Origin: Octopus bimaculoides
Lineage: Eukaryota
Assembly: GCF_001194135.2 (NCBI RefSeq)
Contig: NC_068986.1
Coordinates: 47,989,538 to 48,053,537, forward strand
Length of the DNA stretch: 64,000 nt
Direction: 5' to 3'
The position numbers were made by a program, and so were the translations under genes. Shown here one piece after another: positions 25,471 to 36,590 of this stretch. Below the pieces are notes generated by a model. The model was not told where the DNA came from and ran no database searches. It saw nothing but the letters and a program-made list of their open reading frames with translations. Numbering within the stretch: the stretch's first letter is position 1; each line of letters opens with the position of its first letter.

Positions 25471-25931
25471 TGTTTCGCTGACAGTGGAGCACTGGATTCG
25501 TGCAAAGTGTAATTAACGGGAATAGAAGCGTGTAATATGCACATGACAACTAGCTTGCGGGCAAATAGTGTCTGTATTATGTTGTTCTTTTCTCTAGACA
25601 CATACACACACAAAGTTATATACGGGAATATATTCATTAACGTTGGAGTGGGTGGAGTACAGTGGTAGAAAAAGTAACTAAATGTGCTAAAAACTATTTA
25701 TTTAACAACGGGAAATAATCCAGACGTTTTGCTCATGTCCATTTCGCCTGCTGTATAACACATTGGTTACAATAATTTTTTTTTTTAACTGCAGCTTGGT
25801 AACAATAAAGGAACTGATTTTCAAGGGATAAGTGGCAACAAGAGGTATTTTAACAATTTAACCTAGCCCGTACTAGTATTACAGTTTTACAAATTCGTAT
25901 TTTGAAGGCAAATTGATTTATTGATGTATTC

Positions 25932-26158
25932 CAGTGGTCCTCAACTGGGGTCTATATAATATTTTGTTCTAATTTATATGCAATAAATTGATTATATTTC
26001 TACAATATACAGTATTTAAACTTTTTTTTTTTTTTTACAATTCCTAATAAAATTTCATTATAAAAATGTAAGAGTTTTTAGACAACGAGGATCCCACCCG
26101 TTGAGTAAAATACGAATTAAAAGTGGTCCATAGGCAAAAAAGTAGTCGAGAACTACTG
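25932..26158. mobile_element. hAT MITE
   Basis: TIRs CAGTGGTCCTCAAC / GTCGAGAACTACTG; TSD ATGTATTC/ATGTAGTC. A related copy lies at ~8000-8235. Confidence 0.8.
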
Positions 26159-26277
26159 ATGTAGTCAGTTGTGCGAGCACCAGCAATGCAACAGATTCGT
26201 GGTTCGAATCCAGTTGGAGGACCTATTCTCTTAAAAGCGGTAGGATGGTTGGAGCGTTAGCGTATCAGTCGTTAGTG

Positions 26278-26610
26278 CAGTGGTTCTCAACCAGAGTCCA
26301 TATAAAATTTTTGGGAGTCTACGCAGCAAAGCAGTATGTTGGAGATTCGCAATAGTATTTTAAAGGCCCCTGAAAAAAAAAATTCGCTTTAGGTATATGT
26401 ATTAGTATGTATTGCAAGAGACATTTCGGTTTCTTTCTCTAACGTTTTACGTAGTTCAACCTACACTTGTTAATGTGTGGAAAACAAAATAGGAATTTTG
26501 GAAGAAGTTTCTGTAAAACTAGTTTATAAACATCAAACGGCTATGGGTGTCCATCAGAATAAAATAGTAACCAAAGGGATTCAGAGATGAAAAAATGGTA
26601 GAGAACCCGT
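26278..26610. mobile_element. hAT MITE
   Basis: Left TIR CAGTGGTTCTCAAC; degenerate right TIR GGTAGAGAACCCGT; TSD matches 6/8. Confidence 0.65.
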
Positions 26611-27289
26611 CATTAGAGCATTGTGGTATTTACTCGCAGCCTTTCATGTTCAGAGTTAAAATTCTACTGGGGTCATATTTGTCTTTNNNNNNNNNNNNNN
26701 NNNNNNNNNNNNNNNNNNNNNNNNNNNNNNNNNNNNNNNNNNNNNNNNNNNNNNNNNNNNNNNNNNNNNNNNNNNNNNNNNNNNNNNNNNNNNNNNNNNN
26801 NNNNNNNNNNNNNNNNNNNNNNNNNNNNNNNNNNNNNNNNNNNNNNNNNNNNNNNNNNNNNNNNNNNNNNNNNNNNNNNNNNNNNNNNNNNNNNNNNNNN
26901 NNNNNNNNNNNNNNNNNNNNNNNNNNNNNNNNNNNNNNNNNNNNNNNNNNNNNNNNNNNNNNNNNNNNNNNNNNNNNNNNNNNNNNNNNNNNNNNNNNNN
27001 NNNNNNNNNNNNNNNNNNNNNNNNNNNNNNNNNNNNNNNNNNNNNNNNNNNNNNNNNNNNNNNNNNNNNNNNNNNNNNNNNNNNNNNNNNNNNNNNNNNN
27101 NNNNNNNNNNNNNNNNNNNNNNNNNNNNNNNNNNNNNNNNNNNNNNNNNNNNNNNNNNNNNNNNNNNNNNNNNNNNNNNNNNNNNNNNNNNNNNNNNNNN
27201 NNNNNNNNNNNNNNNNNNNNNNNNNNNNNNNNNNNNNNNNNNNNNNAAGGTCACGTGATAGAGTATTTTTCTGATGTCTTGTGAGCCTA

Positions 27290-27750
27290 CCATCAACTAT
27301 AAAATGCTTTAATTCAGCGGCAAAATTCGTCTCGGCTCAGTTTCTCTTAGAGACTGTTCCGTGTACCACACGACAGCAGCAATTCCAGCGACAACATCAA
27401 CAGCTTCGCCATCAGCAACACGAGTCTACGACTACTACCAAGCTTCGTCTTCGCCACCATAGTCAACACGACTTTAACTACGAACGACAATATTCGCCAA
27501 TATCATCAACATGATTTCTATGTACACCAATCCAAACCACCGCGGCACATCTCTCTCTCTTCGATTCTGTTTGGTGACTCAGCTTCACCACGATAAATAA
27601 ACAGACAAGAGTTTCAGCCAGCGACGAACATCTGTATAACAAGAGTCCGGCCCGGCATCGAAGCCACAACATCACAACTAGTGATCGCACTGGCACACAT
27701 ACGCCTCAACTTCTTTCACATACAGACTCTTCCTATTGTGTACTCAAGAA
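27290..27750 (+). promoter_or_regulatory. CpG-rich unique segment with an Inr-like TCAGTT (~27337): candidate TSS/first exon divergent from HPS4
   Basis: CpG-dense, not a recognised repeat, and no convincing ATG-initiated ORF. Confidence 0.3.
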
Positions 27751-28315
27751 CTGGTATAAATGCTCACGTGTTACTAACTCTTTCTATCTGCTGTAATATC
27801 TCACATACACTCTTTTCTTTATACGACGGCCTGTCTTTTATGTTTTTATATGTCGCATTCACACACAGGCATACATCTTTAACGCCACAATAAATATCTC
27901 TTATTCATCTTATACGGTTGTATTCAATATCGTCTTCATTACTGGTATTTACGAAATCACTAATGTTATCGAAGTATAACATTATTTGTATATCATATTT
28001 GATATATATTTTTGTGTTCGACCGTGTGACGCGATTAAAATAAAAGGAGTCCTGTTTTTTTTTCATTCGTCACCATTTCTCCTTTTTGAGTTCGCACGGT
28101 CGTTCTTACACCTTGCTGAATTTAGTTTCGGCTCTTACCTTCTAAGGTTGAATTCAATCGAAGTGACCTTTACTTTTCATCCATCCGTGTAGGGAAGGGG
28201 TGTAATGTAAAATAAAGTTTCAAACTAATACTGGGTTTGATTTAATCTACTATACCTTCCCACAAAATGTATAGTTATGTGACTATGTTAGAAGTCAATA
28301 TTCTAATATATATTA

Positions 28316-30479
28316 TTCTGGGCAAACAATACTTTCTTACAGAAAATTAAGTAGCTGTTCCTAGCTGACGTTGGCATACCGATTTCAAATCTGTAATTAA
28401 TTTTTTTCTATCGCGTCTAGATTTTTGTGTAAAATGCAAATTACTTGGTAAAATTTCTTACCACGTCCAGCTATTGGTTTTAATCGGTTTAATACCAGTA
28501 ATATGAATCTTGCGTTCCATGGTTAAAGCAATTTTTGTTTGCCAACTATATATAAATTCTAACGATTTTGATCAATCAAATTTTGAGTTGACAACATTGA
28601 GTAAAGAGCATAGTAACGGCCCAACGGTCACTCGCTTGTGTGAGTCTAGTAGAGCGGCTGTTAAAACTCTCTCTTGTGGTAAGCAAGTAACAGGCTGTGG
28701 TAACTTATGTATTTCTATAGCATTTGTTTTGTACTACGGTGTGTATTTCTTTTTATTTTGTACATCGTAATTATTACTTTCTAGGTTTCTTTTTTTTTTT
28801 CTTTCAGATATTGTATGGTAATTAAAATGCAATCAAATAGCCGAGCTTGTGCAAATCACAGACAACTTCTGCTATATCTGTGGACATTATGCACCTAAGA
28901 GACAACGTAGAAACATAACAGCAAAGATTAAACTTGCCTACAAGTATTATTTTGACTAAGTTAAGCAAGCAAGAGAGGGACTGGACACCACATACTTGAG
29001 GTGCACAGTGCAATGCAATGTTAATAGCTTGGATGAATGGTAAAAGAAAAGCTTCGCCATTCTCAGTCCCCATAGTTTAGATGAACCGGGAAAAAAATCA
29101 CTTCAATGTTTGTTATTTTTGTTTGACAAAGATTGCTGGTTTTACATAGAAAAACAAATTTAAAAAATCATGTACCTAAACTACGAGGCGGCAATAAAAC
29201 TAGTACCACACGATGAAACAAGTCTCCGACTGTACGAAGGTGAGATGGAGAGAATATTTAGAGTGGAGGAAGAAAAGAGAGAACAAAGAGTCCAAGATAA
29301 AGGAAAGAAAATACGAGGAGGAAATGGAGTATGGTATGTGACGTACCCCAAAAACATAGAAACAAAAGATAATTAAGTTTCATTCAATAGTAAGAGGGAA
29401 GGTGCCATCATACATATATGTAGAGGATATGAAACCAATAGTGATTGAAAAGGATAACGACAGGAAGTTGAAGGAGATAGTGTTCACCCACCAGGAGTGA
29501 GGGTAGAATTCAAAGAGCTGCCACCAGTAGTGGATCTAAGAGACATTGAACCATTGATGAGGTATTATTAAAAAGAAAAATAAGTATGTTAAATTGTAGG
29601 AAAAATGAGTAAAATTGTTTTATGCTAGGAAAAATAACGGTGAATGTATATAACGGTTCAAATGGCACTGCATGGGAGTGGAGACCATGCGACATTTTCA
29701 TTTTTATATAATTTCATCTCATCTCATTTACATTCGTTTTATGGTTTTTGTCCCCACTGTGGTCTTGCCTGTCCTTGTGATGTCCCTGGCTGTATTTAGG
29801 GCTTTATGTCTAATAAAGAAATGACGATGAAACAAGTCCTCCACTAGCAACAACAGACAGCAGTTGATCTGAAAATTTTGCAAATGATATAGAAATAGGG
29901 CAAGATGGTGTATATGTTACAGATAAAACTAGTTCCCCACATTTGTTTAGTAAAGCAGAGTTAAATTACTTATTGCGCGATTCGGAATTACCGAAAGAAA
30001 AGACAGAGTTGCTTGGTTCCAGACTTCAAAAATGGAATTTTCTCCAGCCTTCCCATTTCTGCCATCGCCATTTGTAATTTTCATCATTTTATTTTCATCG
30101 GGAAAATGTTTTGTTTCTGCTATGATATCAGTAGCCTGTTGGAAAGAATTGGCTTTCACTATGACCCAGAAGAATGGAGACTGTTCATTGACTCTAGTAA
30201 AGCTAGCCTTAAAGCTGTATTACTGCGCAACAGCAATGAAAAACCTTCATCTCTGTTCACTAGTTATGCAAGTACGATTAACATAAAACATGACAGAGTA
30301 AAGTAATAGAGGCAGGTGCGGGGGAAAATGAAAAATAGACATTTTCAGTTAACAAAATCTGGACGTGATAGAGAAATTTAGATATCAGATCTGAAAATAG
30401 CATTAGAAATTTGGTAGGAATCGGTAGTTTACGCGTCTATAACAACAACATAAAAAATATTGAAATTTGCTACCTAGTG
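28316..30479 (+). mobile_element. Decayed Chapaev3-like (CMC) DNA transposon with internal deletion
   Basis: TTA on both flanks; 3' terminus ...CCTAGTG. Transposase remnants DNFCYICGHY (~28860), WTPH, NHFNVCYFCLT, AIKLVPHD and EEWRLFIDSSKASLKAVLL (~30170). Subterminal inverted motifs at ~28380-28425 and ~30355-30410. The superfamily name comes from recalled motifs. Confidence 0.72.
29228..29823 (+). mobile_element. 5'-truncated copy of the same ORF1-only retroelement family, inserted into a Chapaev3-like transposase
   Basis: 15-bp TSD ACGATGAAACAAGTC (29210-29224 and 29824-29838). C-terminal peptide (…KVPSYIYVEDMKPIVIE…PPGVRVEFKELPPVVDLRDIEPLMRYY*) and 3' UTR are homologous to 30806-31440 on the minus strand. 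Confidence 0.88.
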
Positions 30480-31062
30480 TTATTTTTCAGCTTTTGGTAC
30501 AGGGCTAGTCGATTACACCGACTCCAGTGATCAACTGGTACCTATGTTATCGACCCCGAATGGATGAAAGACAAAGTCGACCCCGACAGAGTTTGAACAC
30601 AGAACATGAACACGAATAAAATGGTGCTAAGCATTTTGTCCGGCGTGCTTACTCTCCTGCCAGCTCGCCGCCTAAATATTCTTTTCCTCTCTAGGCACAA
30701 GGCCCGGAATTTTGGGGGAGGGAGCCAGTCGATTAGATTGATCATGGTACTTAATTTGGCCTCGGCGGAATTTGAACTCAGAACGTAAAGACAGACGGAA
30801 TACCGATTTTTTTATTAGACATAAAGCCCTAAATACAGATGCGGACACCACAAGGACAGACAAGACCACAGAGGGGACAAAAACATACCACGAATGTAAA
30901 TGGGATGAAATTATATAATAATGAAAAAAAAAAAAGGAAAATGGCCGCACGGGCCCCACTCCCATGCGGTACCATTTGAACAAATATATGTACTATCTAC
31001 AATTGTTCTTTTTCCTACTATATCACCATTATAACATCATTTAACATACTTTTTTTTCTCTT

Positions 31063-32087
31063 TTAGTATAACTTCGTCAATGGTTCAATATCTCTCAGAT
31101 TCACTACTGGTTGCAACTCCTTGAACTCCACCTCCACTCCTGGTGGGTCAACACTATCTCTACACATCTCTTTCAACTTTCTGTAGTTCTCTTCTTCAAT
31201 CAGTATTGCCTTCACATCCACTGCGTAGACGTATGAAGGCACCTTCACTCTTACTATTGAATTAAACTTAATAATCTTTTTTTCTGTTTCTACATTCTTT
31301 CAGTATGTCACATAATACCACACTCCATCTCCTCCTCGTATATTCTTTTCTTTATCTTGTACTTTTTGTTCTCTTTTTCCTTCCTCTATCCCAAATAATC
31401 TCTTCAACTCTCCTTCCTGCAGTTGTATTTCCGAATCCTTCTCCATTGGAACAACCGGTATCTTTACTGGTAACTCCACTTTCTTTTTACTTTCCCTTTT
31501 TTCTTCCTTCCTACTAACCTCCATCACAGTTTCTTTTCTCACCTCTTCTCTCTTCTTTTTCTGCTTCTCTGACAGAGAACTCATTCCTCCGCTTCTCCTT
31601 CTTTTCTTTTTAACCATAGTGAATCCATTCTCCGTTTCTTTTTCTGTTGCCTTGTTCTGTACTACCTGGTCCACACTCTCTTGTCTCTCCTCCCGTTCTC
31701 TTTGTGGCTTTCTTTGGGTACACCATGCTTTCATGTGAAACACACTGGCGGCCTACCCTCCACAGAAACTCTCAGTCTCACATCTTCTAGCAGCACAATC
31801 TCATCCACCACACTATTCAAGTCCTCCGTTGTTGCCTGAATCGTCAATTTGATACCATATCCCCAGTAGTTCACCTTCTGGGTCCTTGTAGCCTTCACAA
31901 TCTTCCCGTCTTTCATATTGTATGTTATGGCTGTCATCAGCCATTCTTCTTTCAGTTCGGGTGACACCTTACCCACTCGCACCTTGGCCACACGTTTGCC
32001 GCAGTACGGAAGCAAGAGCACCCATTCCTCTGTTCTTATTGCCACTGTGGAGTGCTTTATTGCTTCCTCCTCCGTTGTGAAACGCAC
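31063..32087 (-). pseudogene. ORF1/gag-like module 2 (paralog of module 1; broken knuckle; K/E-rich linker; C-terminal domain)
   Basis: Shares RVG..P....EW, RTQ..N(Y/W)WGYG and EGRPPxC with module 1. A frameshifting deletion leaves CF...HMKAWC. Contains KKKRRR and an in-frame stop at ~31300 before the C-terminal domain ending IEPLTKLY*. Confidence 0.78.
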
Positions 32088-32151
32088 CTCTTTTAATTTT
32101 CTATACTTTTCTTTTTCTATTAAAATCCATCTCGCCTCCTTATCGCAACGG

Positions 32152-33350
32152 TCAGAGAGGTTCAGTTTGACAATGTCTTTTATTTTGGATATCTTCTCTA
32201 TTTTTTGTGTATCGATATGACATCAAATATATGCCGTTCCTATGTACCTCTTGCGTCTGTATGTCTGTTCTTTTTTGTTTTTGTGATTCTGTACTACCTT
32301 GCGTCTGTTCTATATTTCTTTGTGACTGTATATCTGTCTGTAGTTCATGTTTGTGTGACTGTAAGTCTGCATGTTGTGTTTGTGTGTCTGTGTTTTCAGG
32401 TTCTGTGCTTTTTGGTTTCTGCAACTCTGTGTTATCTTCTTCCCTTCTGAGTGTGTGTATGTCTGTGTGTTTAAGCATCTGTGTATCTGTCTGTCTGTGC
32501 GATTGTGAGACTGTATGGTTCTGTGGTAATGTTCTGCTGCTATTATCTTCTTTCCTCAGTGATCCCACNNNNNNNNNNNNNTTGTTTTCCATTATTTCTG
32601 GACACCTTCTTTTAATGTGACCTCTTTTGCCACATTCGTAGCACTTTGGAGGTCTCCCCTCCAACATTATGTCCAGTTTGTCCTCGTTAGGCAGCTCCAG
32701 TGTCTCCGGTATGTCACTGTAAACTTTCTGACTTGCTATAAAAAGCACATTCAATCCATACCCCCACCAATTTATTTGTTGGGTTCTGCTTATCATAATT
32801 ATCCTTGCATCTTCTCCTTCTCTTTCAGGAAAAACTGCTGCTATTACCCATTCCAACTCTATTTTCGGTGGGATCCTACCCACTCTATTCCACGTTGGAC
32901 GTCTACCCAACTTATTGGGAAAGAGCATCCAATTTCCATTGGCTAGTGTTTTATTGGCGCATTTCTTTGCTGCCTCCTCCGATACAAATGTTATTTCTAC
33001 AGACGCGTATGTCTTGCCTCTTGTAAAAAAAACGACACATCTTCTTGCAATTCCTTCAAACACTCCTCCACCTCCTCCTTCGTTGCGCTCTCTATTCTTT
33101 TATTTTTCCTTGAAAAGGATTTATATTCCACGACTCCAATTTCCATCTTCATCCTTTCCTCCTCTGATGGGGTCAACTTTACGTTTGGCCCCTCCTTCTT
33201 TATCATTTCTTTATATTTTTCAATTTTCTCAGCCATGTCTTCATTCCAATGTATTTCATGTTGCTTCAGCAGGCCTGGGACGACGGAGGCTCGACTCCCC
33301 GTCGCTGCTGCATACGTCTTCATTTTCTCCATCTCAGCAACGCCCACCAA
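32152..33350 (-). pseudogene. ORF1/gag-like module 1 (charged N-terminus, RRM-like segments, CX2CX4HX4C knuckle), frameshifted
   Basis: ORFs 32997-33350 and 32152-33063 overlap in different frames. EGRPPKCYECGKRGHIKRRCP is a canonical zinc knuckle preceded by a GxP motif, as in L1/Tx1-clade ORF1 proteins. Confidence 0.8.
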
Positions 33351-34834
33351 AAAATAGTGGCGTTATACTAAAAAATTCGCAGCGAGTAATGACACGTCCG
33401 ACCAGTAAACTCACGGCAGACGAAATACCGCTAAGCATTTTATCCGGCGTGCACGTTTTTGATTGCTCGCCGCCTAAATATTGTGAGATATGTTGGTTTC
33501 AAACTTTGGCAAAAGACCAGCAATTTTGGGTAGGACTAGTCAATTACATCAACTCCAGAGCCCCAACTGGTGCTTGATTTACAGAATCCGAAAGTATGAA
33601 AGGCAAAGTCGACCTCGGCGGAATTTGAAACCAGTACGTAAAGACGGACGAAATGCTGTTAAGCATATTGCCTGGCATGCTAACGATTTTGCCAGTTCGC
33701 TGCTAAATATTGTGAGACATTAAAATGTAGTGAAGGCGCGTGGCCGAGTGGTCAGGGCGTTGTTCTTGCGATCGCTAGATCGTGGGTTCGGTTCCCAGAC
33801 AGAGCAGCGCTTTGTATTCTTGAGCAAAACACTTCATTTAACGTTGCTCTAGTTTTCCTTTCGATCAGCGCGGAATATTGGCTTGATCGCATAGCCAGCG
33901 GAGTAGCGTCTTCAAAGGTAAAACCGATGCAAGGTGCATTGTGTAACAACATTTTATAATCTGGTCGGTCACGTGAATATTAAAATGTAATAATTATGCT
34001 TTAATTAGTAAAGGTGGCGAGCTGACAGAATTATTAGAAAGTTAGAAAAAAAAAAAATATGTGAAAATTCCTTCCGACTCTTTACGCACTGAGTTCAAAT
34101 TCTTTACGGAACAACTTTGCTTTTCATTCATCCTGGGTTGATGAAATAGAGTATCAGTAAAATACTTTAGTCATGATATCGCCTAATCCCTTCCTTGCGA
34201 AAATACTGGCCTTAGGTCCAATTCAGAAACAATTATTTGAAGACAGTGGATTGACAGAATCATTAGCCCATCGGTAGGACTGCTTTGCAGGATTTGTTGT
34301 GACTTTTAACTTTCGGAGTTCAAATTTGCCTTTCAGCCCTCCAGAGCCGATTAAATGAAATACCAGTCAAATACTGAAGACGACAGTATTGAATACCACC
34401 CTCCCCTCAGAATTGCTAGTGTTATGATATACTGTTAGATATAATTGTGTTTTAACAAGTCATTCAGGTTTTACAAGAAAATAGAGTTCATTTCTTTGTT
34501 TAAGAATATGTAGAGGACCTGGAAATTTGACCAAAATAAACAAAGGAAAAAAACAAAAAAAACAATACGGACTAATTATGATAACAATTAAAATGATTTT
34601 GTTCACATTCTCTACTTGTCGATAAATCAGTTTAGCTGTTGTTACAAGGTATGATTAACCGTAATAAAATGTGCATAGGATATAAGCTTCATTTTCATTG
34701 TCGAAGATAACTAGAAAACAGAAATGCTGAAGATATTCTTAGAAAGAGTGACTGATACTGGATCCTATCTTGTAGCGTAGTTGAAAGGGGACAGGCGAAG
34801 AAGCGTGCACCTCAGGCGACTCTTTTATGCGACA

Positions 34835-35572
34835 TACAGAGAAAGGCTTTAACCCCCAAGGACATCCATGCTGACATAATTGCTACATGAGGGGATGACA
34901 CTCCAGCTTTATCAACAGTGCAAAAGTGGGCGGCTGAATTTTTTGGTGGGGAAGGGAGAGTCTTGAAGATGACCCAAGGTTTGGACCCAAGGCCTGCAAC
35001 TACCACTACCGATGATAGCATTGATTGTGTTCACCACATGGTGATGGATGACAGGAAATTAACTACGAATCAAATAGCCAATACTGTTGACATATCCCTG
35101 AGAGTGTTAGAATATTCTGCACAATGAACTTGGCATACCGAAAGTTTCTGCTCGTGGGTGCAACGTCTTCTGACATTTGATCAAAAGTGCACCAAGCTGA
35201 TCACATCATGGGAAAATCGAACATTGTTTTAAGCAGATCGAGTTGGTTTTCTTGAATGTCTCCTGACCCAGTATGAGTGTTGGGCTTATCACTTTGATCC
35301 AGAGACAATCCATGCAATGGAAACACCCCAACTCACCTGCTCCAAAAAGGCCAAGGAAGTTTCATCTGCAGGGAAGGTGACCATCTAAGTTCTGGGAGAT
35401 AGAAAAAGCATTGTGTCTATTGAGTATCTTCAAAAGGGCCACACCATCAATGGAGAGTACTATACTAATTTGCTAAGGCAGTTACAAAAGGCCATCAAGA
35501 CCAAACTCGCAGGAAAATTGACGAAGTGGGTATTGTTTCATCAGGACAGTAGTCCAGCACACAAATCCTTGA
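34835..35572 (+). mobile_element. Mariner (Tc1/mariner) transposase pseudogene, truncated
   Basis: VQKWAAEF, HHMVMDDRKLT, WVQRLL (WVPRxL motif), TQYECW (first catalytic D mutated), GHTINGEYY and LFHQDSSPAHK, with multiple frameshifts. Confidence 0.9.
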
Positions 35573-36229
35573 ACAATTTATGAAGGTACATCCATGATTA
35601 ACAAATATTTTTACTAACAGCGTGGCGACAGATGACGACCTAATTTGTTTTGAAAAATGTCAAGCAACGAGATGGAATGGCTAAAATTCATTTCGCCACA
35701 AACAACTAAGTCATCTCGCTATTAAACGACCAAGCAAAATCAACAGCGTTTTAACTCAGCAGATAATTAAGATTGTTGAGATATATCCTTACAATGAACA
35801 GTTATGTACCTGTCCCCTCATTACGCTCCATCTCACTGTTACTGGAGGTTGCTAAAAAGAATCCAGAACCAAAAAAGTCATAGAAATTTTACCCAATGCG
35901 AAGTTATAAGAACGCCTTCATAACTTGAGTTGTTGCACGATAGAACCAAAAGACAGGCATATTTTCTTCGCGATGTTGGCTGGAATATGCTTCTTGGTCC
36001 TCATTGTTAAAAATACTAATTACACATGTAATGTCACGATGCTATGTAAAGTGATTCCAATCCGTATGTATTACGTTGTGTTCTGGGGGTCAATCTAATC
36101 GACTGGCCCCCTCCCCCAAAATTTCAGGCCTTGTGCTTAGAGTAGAAAAGAATAAATGACTGATTTAATTTTTGTTTCCTTATCTTAAGAAATTCAACAA
36201 AAGTTACTTTTTTCTTCACATTGTGTAAT

Positions 36230-36590
36230 ACTATCATATGTAAATTGTGTACAAGTCATGCATTGTTATTTAATAATTGATTCATAATATTTTTGATTCA
36301 TAACTTTGATTGCTTCCAATATTTAAATAAAATGTGACTTTTCTCGCCTCACTAAAATTGTGATTCCCCACCACACCGTTTGTAAATGCTGGGAGAGATA
36401 AAAATGAATATTGATAAAGGTGCCAAACAAACACCCAATTTTCCAAATCATAACGCAAGTTATTCCTAGTGAATTCAATGAATGAAATTCTCGTGACTCT
36501 CACAGCATGCACTACTTAATATCCTCACATTCATATCACTGAAACAACATACCAAATTCACTTGACATCGTTCTGATTTCCCAAACCAAC
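36230..36590 (-). mobile_element. Possible very degenerate C-terminal Chapaev3-like transposase fragment
   Basis: Weak frameshifted similarity to the SxEQGERFHQDIKVMExRY region (NFSEARK…KVMNQKYYE). Confidence 0.3.

Larger units (their letters stand above)
30806..33416 (-). mobile_element. ORF1/gag-only non-LTR retroelement (HAL1-like), full length, inserted in a SINE
   Basis: Flanked by the 14-bp duplication CAGACG(G/A)AATACCG (30792-30805 and 33417-33430), which splits a SINE. 3' end is GTCTAATAAAAAAAT. Encodes RRM-like + CCHC modules; no RT or endonuclease motif in any frame. Confidence 0.85.
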
